DNA of 32,000 nucleotides from Cystobacter fuscus (GTDB lineage Bacteria; Myxococcota; Myxococcia; Myxococcales; Myxococcaceae): NCBI RefSeq assembly GCF_044360685.1, contig NZ_CP043491.1, positions 3,916,026 to 3,948,025 of the forward strand, read 5' to 3'. Shown piece by piece: positions 26,976 to 32,000 of this stretch (position 1 is its first letter; each line of letters starts with the position of its first letter). The notes under the pieces were generated by a model. It saw only the letters and a program-made list of their open reading frames with translations, ran no database searches and was not told where the DNA came from. The position numbers and the translations under genes were made by a program.

Positions 26976-27774
26976 GAATGACTCCCAAGCGTGGCATGAC
27001 ACGTGTGGGCTTGATGGAGAAAGCCCATTCGTATACGGTCCCCTGATCCAGTCCCGAGTATGGGTGGGTTGGTGGGTAACGAGGCCAATTGGGTATCTCA
27101 TCGATATTCATACATGGGAATTTGAAGTCATAGACGGCCTGCGCACGGAGCGGATCTCCCTGATGAATCACGACATCGGGTTTGACTGAGCCCTTCAACT
27201 CACCCGAATTGCCCGACTCATCCAGTGCCTGCTCCTCCTCGCGGCTCACCTGTTTCCAGCGATTCTGACGCGAGTCGTAGCGGTAGCGTGGTTCCAGACT
27301 GAATCCTCCCGGACGCAGTTTGCTCAGTCGCTCCTCCACGCACTCGAGCGCCTCTTCATGCATCTCCGTTCCCAACTGCATGGCCCATGTCATCCCCTTG
27401 CTTCTCGCGTTCTTCGCCCATTGCTTGCACTCGTCGGCAGTGGGGGTCAAACTGGCGAAGTCCCCCTCGTGCCGGAGAAGGACTTCCGAACGGGCGATGT
27501 CCGCGCATTCTGACAACGTGCGCTCGATGTCGTTTCTCGTCGGAACATCGAGCGCTACTTTCAGGACGGCCGTCGCCGAAGCGATTTCCTTGCCGTAGAG
27601 GGCGACGCACCCCGAGAGGCTGTGCCGACAGGCCGCCGAGGGCGAGTCGAAGCTGTAGCGGAAGGAATCGCTCCTGCCCGGTGACATCGCACACGCCGGG
27701 AGGAGAACGACGAGAGCCCACGCGGCGGCCCTGTTCGAATTGTCTGTGCTTCGCGATTCGCGTTTATTGTTCAC
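26968..27774 (-). CDS. lipoprotein toxin with C-terminal PD-(D/E)xK nuclease-like domain (SitA-like polymorphic toxin candidate)
   Basis: The GTG at 27774 overlaps the upstream TGA (GTGA). Signal peptide MNNKRESRSTDNSNRAAAWALVVLLPAC, with a lipobox-like LPAC (Cys28, +2 Ala). The nuclease signature is a helix with acidic residues (TEMHEEALECVEE), then KPD(199-200)VVIH...VYD(216)FK(218)FP, which is PD...DxK. GC of lines 27001 and 27061 is 55% and 48%. Confidence 0.72.
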   Translation of the reverse strand: MNNKRESRSTDNSNRAAAWALVVLLPACAMSPGRSDSFRYSFDSPSAACRHSLSGCVALYGKEIASATAVLKVALDVPTRNDIERTLSECADIARSEVLLRHEGDFASLTPTADECKQWAKNARSKGMTWAMQLGTEMHEEALECVEERLSKLRPGGFSLEPRYRYDSRQNRWKQVSREEEQALDESGNSGELKGSVKPDVVIHQGDPLRAQAVYDFKFPCMNIDEIPNWPRYPPTHPYSGLDQGTVYEWAFSIKPTRVMPRLGVIHE

Positions 27775-29726
27775 ACCGTGGGCACGTACACCGAGGTCCT
27801 GCGAGGGACAATGCGCTGGGCCAGGGACTCGAGTTCCAGATCCAACTGGGGCACGTCCAGGAGCAGCGAGTCCGGATCGTAGCGGAAGTCGGCCTGGGTG
27901 AAGCCCAGCAGCGTCTGCAGGGCCGGCTCGCCGCTCTGTCCCGCCGCGGAGGCGAAGACGACCCGGCCCTTTTCCAGGTGCAGGAAGCCTTCATGGGCGT
28001 GGTACTTGAGGTGGAGCCGCCCCGACTTCTTGCCCCCGCCCAGGCACTTGAACAGCTCCGGTCCGGGCAGCTCGTCCATGCCTCCGCGCACCACCCGCGC
28101 GGGCCCGTTGTGCCGAATGCGATCCTCGTACAGCGTCTTCAGCGTCCGGGCCGCCTCGGTCAGCGCCGTGGGGGGCAGCACCGCCGTCGCCCCGCACATC
28201 ATCAACCGCTCGCGCAGGCCCGGGTCCGGATCCCCGAGCACCACCAGGGGCAGGCCCGCGTGCTCCGCCGAGGCGCGCACCGCCTGCAGCAGGGCCACCA
28301 CCTCGTCGATGCCGAACTTCAGCCCCACCACCAGCACGTCGCACTCCTGATGCACCAGCGCGTCGTACGCCCCGTCCAGCAGCGACAGCGCATACGCCAC
28401 CAGTCCCTGCTTCTGCACGGCCTCGAGCAGCCCCGTCCGCGTGCCCTGCTCGGGCTCCACGATGAAGATCTGCCGGCCGTCGTTGACGAGCCTCTGCCGC
28501 AGCAACTCGCCGCTCTGCACCTGCGTGACGATGTTCGCCACCAATGGATCGTACAGCTTCCCGGCGTTCTCCTTCAGGTGCTCGATCGCCTTGGCCTTGC
28601 TGTGCAGCTTGCCGAGGGCATTGGCCGGGTTCTTCGTCAGCTCCAGGTAGCTGTCCACCGCCGCGAGGATTCGCGCGCCCAGGGTGATGTCGTCGCCCTT
28701 GGCGCCCTGGGGCGTGCCCGAGCCGTCATAGGCCTCGTAGAGCTGCGCGAGCATGGTGTTCACCTGCACCGGCAGGTTCACCGTCTCGAAGATCTTGGTG
28801 GGGACCCGGCAGTAGCGCTTCGCCTCGGCCATCCACTCGGGATTGACCGCGTTGCTCGCCAGGCAGAAATGCCGCTCGGCGGGCTTGCCCAGGTCATGCA
28901 GCAGGCCGGCGATGCTCACCGCCGTCACGTCCTTGGGCGCCATGCCCAGGCGTCTGGCCACCACCGCAGCCTGGCGCGCGAGCTGCGCCGAGTGCCCCCG
29001 GTGGTGCTTGTGATCGCGCTCCATCATCGACACCAGGAGGTTCAAGGTCTCGATGTAGTCGCCGTCCGACACGGTGCCGCGCGAGGCCAGGAGCGCATCC
29101 CCCCGGGTGCCCGCGCGCGTCTGCGTGCCCGGACGCTGCAGCCGGTTGCGGGTCTCCGAGTCGAGCCGGAGCTGGAGGCTCGCCTTGGGCGCCGTCCCGG
29201 TGGTGCTCTCGAAGGCGGAGGCCATGGCGTTGACGTCCGCGCGCATGTGGCCGCCCAGCTCCAGCGACGCGAAGGCCGTGGGGTCTCCGTAGTAGTGCTT
29301 GCGGATGGCCGCGGCGATGGAGCTGCGCAGGCCCACGTACGCGTAGACCTCGGACATGCCCGTCACCAGGGCGATCTCGTCCATCAACTTCTTGTTCTGC
29401 GGCTCGGCCGCCACCACCGACAGGAGCTTGCGCTCCGGATCGATGGCCAGCGGAAGCACGTTCTGCGCCTCCGCCAGCCGCACGGGCACCTTGTCCAGCA
29501 CCTCGGTGGCGATGCGCGCCTTGGCCAGCTTCTCCGCCGAGACGAAGCGGGTCTGGAACTCGGCCGCCAGGAATCGCAGCAACCCCGATTCCTGGAGCAG
29601 GCCGATCTCCACCAGACAATCCCCCAGCCGGTGGCCGGTGATCTTCTGGTGCTCCAGCGCCTTCTGGATGGACTCGCTCGTGACAAGGCCCGCTTCGACG
29701 AGCCGTTCACCCAGTCGCTTCGGCAT
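27771..29726 (-). CDS. signalling protein: tandem-motif MshEN (c-di-GMP-binding) domain, degenerate HD-GYP domain, pseudo-receiver, C-terminal DUF4388
   Basis: 651 aa. MshEN motifs RLGERLVEAGLVTSESIQKALEHQ, spacer KITGH, and RLGDCLVEIGLLQESGLLRFLAAEF. HD motif HHRGHS...GLLHDLGK. The HHE..DG.GYP block is degenerate (QLYEAYDGSGTPQG). The REC-like region IFIVEPE...DVLVVGLKF has Gly where the phospho-Asp is expected. DUF4388-like block: ELFKCLGGGKKSGRLHLKYHAHEGFLHLEKGRVVFA...GEPALQTLLGFTQADFRY. Confidence 0.88.
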   Translation of the reverse strand: MPKRLGERLVEAGLVTSESIQKALEHQKITGHRLGDCLVEIGLLQESGLLRFLAAEFQTRFVSAEKLAKARIATEVLDKVPVRLAEAQNVLPLAIDPERKLLSVVAAEPQNKKLMDEIALVTGMSEVYAYVGLRSSIAAAIRKHYYGDPTAFASLELGGHMRADVNAMASAFESTTGTAPKASLQLRLDSETRNRLQRPGTQTRAGTRGDALLASRGTVSDGDYIETLNLLVSMMERDHKHHRGHSAQLARQAAVVARRLGMAPKDVTAVSIAGLLHDLGKPAERHFCLASNAVNPEWMAEAKRYCRVPTKIFETVNLPVQVNTMLAQLYEAYDGSGTPQGAKGDDITLGARILAAVDSYLELTKNPANALGKLHSKAKAIEHLKENAGKLYDPLVANIVTQVQSGELLRQRLVNDGRQIFIVEPEQGTRTGLLEAVQKQGLVAYALSLLDGAYDALVHQECDVLVVGLKFGIDEVVALLQAVRASAEHAGLPLVVLGDPDPGLRERLMMCGATAVLPPTALTEAARTLKTLYEDRIRHNGPARVVRGGMDELPGPELFKCLGGGKKSGRLHLKYHAHEGFLHLEKGRVVFASAAGQSGEPALQTLLGFTQADFRYDPDSLLLDVPQLDLELESLAQRIVPRRTSVYVPTV

Positions 29727-29729
29727 GGG

Positions 29730-31238
29730 TCAACCTTCCGTGGTGTCCGAGCCTTCCTCGGACTTGGGCTCCGCCTTCGGCGCCGTCAGCACGCTGAAGG
29801 GCTTGAACGTCAGCTCCTTGGGCACGTTCACCGGCTCGCGCGGCGGCTTGGGCTCGCGCGCCTCCCGATGCTCACGCGGCTCCCGAGCCTCCTTGCCCTC
29901 GCGCGGCTCGCGCGGCGGACGGGGCTCGCGCGGCGGCTTGGGCGGACGCTCGGCGCGCTCGGGACGCTCGGCGCGCTCGGCACGGGCCTCCGCCGGAGCA
30001 CCGTCGCCCGAGGGCGCGCCCGCGGACTTCTCCGGCCGCTCCCGGTTCTTCTTCTCCTTGTTCTTGCGGCGGCCTCCGCCCTCCACGGGCGCCCGGCCCC
30101 GCGAGGTGGGCGCCGGACCCTTCCAGAGCGAGCGGTTGTAGGAGCGGAGGTTCTCCGTCCACCGATCGTGGGGGTCGCGCTGCATGGCGTCCGTCCAGGC
30201 GGCGATGCGTGCGTCGAGCGCGGTGAGCGAGTGGATGATCTGCGCCTCGAGCGTCACGGGGGCCCGGGGCGAGCCGCTCTCCACCTGGCCGAACTGGGCG
30301 ATGACGAGGTGGGTGAGGTGCTGCTCGAGCAGCGCCGGGAAGTGGGGGATGCCGAGCGTCTTCTCGCGGATCTTCTGCGCCGTGAGCACCAGGTGGCCCA
30401 CGAGCCGGCCCTCGTCGGTGGGCTCGCCGCCCGCGGACGTCTCCGCCACCCGCATCACATCATGGAGCAGGGCGCCGGCGAGCAGCAGATCGCGGTCCGC
30501 CATGGGGTAGTGGTCGGCCACGCGCAGGACGAGCCGCAGCACCGACAGGAGGTGATCGGCCAGGCCCCCGCGGTAGGAGTGGTGCACGCCCTTGGCGGCG
30601 GGCGCGTGCGGCAGGGCCGCGGCGACCTGGGCGTCGTCCAGGAAGGCCAGCAGCAGCGCCTTCACGTGGGCGTCGTTCACGCGCTCGGTGATGAGCTCGC
30701 GGATCTGCCCCACGGCGCGAGCGCCTCCGGGGCCCTCGCCACCCTTGGCGGGAGCGGACTCTTCGCGCCGGGCGGCGGCCGGCTCGTCCTTGCGGGGCTC
30801 GTCGCGCTTGGGCGCGGCGGCCTCCTCGGGGGCGGCGGCGGCCGGGGCGGGGGGAGCGGGTGGGGGCTCGAATTCCTTGGGATCGAGCGGCTCGGGATCC
30901 AGCTTCTCGAGCGCCTCGATGACGACCTGCGTCTTGCCATGGAAGGCGATGACGTGGCCGTGCACGAGCGCGTAGTCGCCCGCGGAGAAGGTGGGCTCGA
31001 GGGCGTCGACCTTGTCGAAGACGCGCGCGTCGATCTCACCGCTCTTGTCGGTGAGCACGAGCGAGAGGAACACCTTGCCACTGCGCGCGGTGACGCGGTT
31101 CTTCTGCGCCACGCGGAAGACGGTGTGGACGGGGTCCTTCTCGCGGAGATCCTTCGCGTACACCTTGCGCACCGTTTCCACGGAGGCCTCGGAGGCGGAG
31201 GAGGAGGAGGGGTCTGACTGATTATTGTCGGTCGTCAT
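29730..31238 (-). CDS. OB-fold plus HD-domain protein (YhaM-like 3-prime-5-prime exoribonuclease family) with Arg/Glu/Pro-rich disordered tail
   Basis: Track ORF 29730-31472, trimmed to ATG 31238 (MTTDNNQSD). OB-fold block: FRVAQKNRVTARSGKVFLSLVLTDKSGEIDARVFD...GDYALVHGHVIAFHGKTQ. HD region: HHSYRGGLADHLLSV...LLLAGALLHDV. Tail: ...AERAERPERAERPPKPPREPRPPREPREGKEAREPREHREAREPKPPREP. The stop lies 3 nt before the next gene's ATG. Confidence 0.82.
   Translation of the reverse strand: MTTDNNQSDPSSSSASEASVETVRKVYAKDLREKDPVHTVFRVAQKNRVTARSGKVFLSLVLTDKSGEIDARVFDKVDALEPTFSAGDYALVHGHVIAFHGKTQVVIEALEKLDPEPLDPKEFEPPPAPPAPAAAAPEEAAAPKRDEPRKDEPAAARREESAPAKGGEGPGGARAVGQIRELITERVNDAHVKALLLAFLDDAQVAAALPHAPAAKGVHHSYRGGLADHLLSVLRLVLRVADHYPMADRDLLLAGALLHDVMRVAETSAGGEPTDEGRLVGHLVLTAQKIREKTLGIPHFPALLEQHLTHLVIAQFGQVESGSPRAPVTLEAQIIHSLTALDARIAAWTDAMQRDPHDRWTENLRSYNRSLWKGPAPTSRGRAPVEGGGRRKNKEKKNRERPEKSAGAPSGDGAPAEARAERAERPERAERPPKPPREPRPPREPREGKEAREPREHREAREPKPPREPVNVPKELTFKPFSVLTAPKAEPKSEEGSDTTEG
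29945..29980 (-). repeat. perfect 18-bp tandem duplication (gacgctcggcgcgctcgg x2) within a wider PREP-type coding repeat zone (about 29833-29990)
   Basis: Read directly from the sequence. In addition, ggctcgcgcggcggcttggg occurs at 29833-29852 and 29923-29942, with a partial copy at 29906-29919. Together these encode the ERAERP/PPREPR low-complexity tail. Confidence 0.85.
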
Positions 31239-31278
31239 GATCTCGGCGCGGCACACTACCACCACCCGGGCGGATAGG

Positions 31279-31899
31279 ATGCGCTCCATGTCCTTTCTTC
31301 CCGCTGTGTCGCTTCTGGTTCTGCTCTCGGGCGCCAATGAACCGGCCTGGAGGCAGGTGGCGCGAGACGATGGCATCACCGTGATGGCCCGGACGCCCGC
31401 GGGCAGCTCCGTCGCCGAGGTGAAGGCCACCGCCCTGGTGGATGCCCCGGCCGACGCGGTGTGGCGAGTCATCCGCGACTACGCGAACTACAAGAAGACC
31501 ATGCCCTATACCGAGGAGAGCCGGGTGCTGTCCTCGGAACAGGACGGCAAGGTGACGGTCTTCTATTGCCTGGTGAATGCGCCGATGGTGGCCAGGCGCG
31601 ACTTCGTCATCCGCATCCTCGACGAATCGGACTGGAAGGAGGGCCAGGGATACATGAAGGCCACCTGGACGGCGCTCGGGCAGGACGCCCCACCCGAGCG
31701 CGAGGGGGTCGTCCGGGTGAAGCTCGACACGGGCTCCTGGCTGCTGGAGCCGCGCGAGGAGGGCAAGAAGACCTTCGTCACGTACTACCTGCACACGGAC
31801 CCGGGCGGTTCCCTGCCCGGGTGGGTGGCCGACAAGGCCAACAAGACGTCCGTGCCGGACGTGCTGCGCGCCGTGCGCAAGTACGCCACGGCGCGTTAG
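31279..31899 (+). CDS. secreted START/SRPBCC (lipid-binding, Bet v1-like) domain protein
   Basis: Track ORF 31225-31899, trimmed to ATG 31279 (alternative 31288). Signal peptide MRSMSFLPAVSLLVLLSGANE. START-like blocks: GITVMARTPAGSSVAEVKATALVDAPADAVWRVIRDYANYKKTMPY, RDFVIRI, TFVTYYLHTDPGGSLPGWV. Confidence 0.8.
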   Translation: MRSMSFLPAVSLLVLLSGANEPAWRQVARDDGITVMARTPAGSSVAEVKATALVDAPADAVWRVIRDYANYKKTMPYTEESRVLSSEQDGKVTVFYCLVNAPMVARRDFVIRILDESDWKEGQGYMKATWTALGQDAPPEREGVVRVKLDTGSWLLEPREEGKKTFVTYYLHTDPGGSLPGWVADKANKTSVPDVLRAVRKYATAR

Positions 31900-31903
31900 G
31901 GCA

Positions 31904-32000
31904 TCAGCTTGCCTCGAGCGCGATACCCGAGAGGTAGTCGGTGGCCGAGAAGCCCACCAGGGTGGGGTGATCCGGCGGCAGGCCGAAGCGGGCGATGCGG
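31904..32000 (-). CDS. 3-prime end of an unidentified minus-strand gene (continues beyond the window)
   Basis: The minus strand is open from the window edge: RIARFGLPPDHPTLVGFSATDYLSGIALEAS*, with the stop at 31904-31906. It shows GC3-rich codon usage. It is too short to classify. Confidence 0.35.
   Translation of the reverse strand, partial: RIARFGLPPDHPTLVGFSATDYLSGIALEAS

Overview
The window is high-GC DNA. A few hand-counted 60-nt lines give about 63-78% GC in housekeeping genes. Gene content points to a myxobacterium: DUF4388, an MshEN/HD-GYP signalling protein, a zinc-ribbon/cyclase/STAND/TPR protein, HEAT-repeat proteins and a lipoprotein toxin. All family calls come from motifs read by eye, because no BLAST or HMM search could be run.

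Layout from left to right:
(1) 1-3.9 kb: the tail of a multihaem cytochrome c gene, a tiny membrane protein, and a convergent 1093-aa PA14-GH2-LamG lipoprotein glycosidase with a (PDAST)x5 tandem-repeat linker.
(2) 3.96-11.3 kb: a seven-gene minus-strand string with short gaps. It runs TetR, long Baeyer-Villiger monooxygenase, Coq4-family protein (TGATG-coupled to the BVMO), putidaredoxin-type ferredoxin, P450, DHA2 MFS exporter, DUF218/YdcF-like. A double palindromic operator candidate sits upstream of tetR.
(3) 11.4-16.2 kb: a beta-propeller-like hypothetical protein, a 580-nt non-coding stretch, and a DUF1800/DUF1501 (Tat-signal) pair.
(4) 16.2-21.1 kb: a tRNA-like T-arm/acceptor fragment, an NRDE-family protein, and metG-HEAT repeat-TatD.
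(5) 21.2-28.1 kb: a mosaic accessory region, the most interesting part of the window. It holds a roughly 50% GC islet encoding a 118-aa all-beta protein next to a Cys-rich protein, a 1102-aa zinc-ribbon/class III cyclase/STAND ATPase/TPR protein, and a lower-GC lipoprotein PD-(D/E)xK toxin plus DUF3396-like immunity pair. The toxin is fused by a GTGA overlap to the end of an MshEN/degenerate HD-GYP/pseudo-receiver/DUF4388 signalling gene. Two short fragments of that signalling gene's 3-prime coding region (74 bp at 68/74 identity, 33 bp at 31/33) recur as nested direct repeats around the cyclase gene and the toxin/immunity cassette. This fits successive cargo insertions that each carried a replacement 3-prime end for the gene.
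(6) 29.7-32 kb: an OB-fold/HD (YhaM-like) protein, a secreted START/SRPBCC protein, and a partial minus-strand CDS.

I found no CRISPR array, rRNA, intact tRNA, transposase or integrase.
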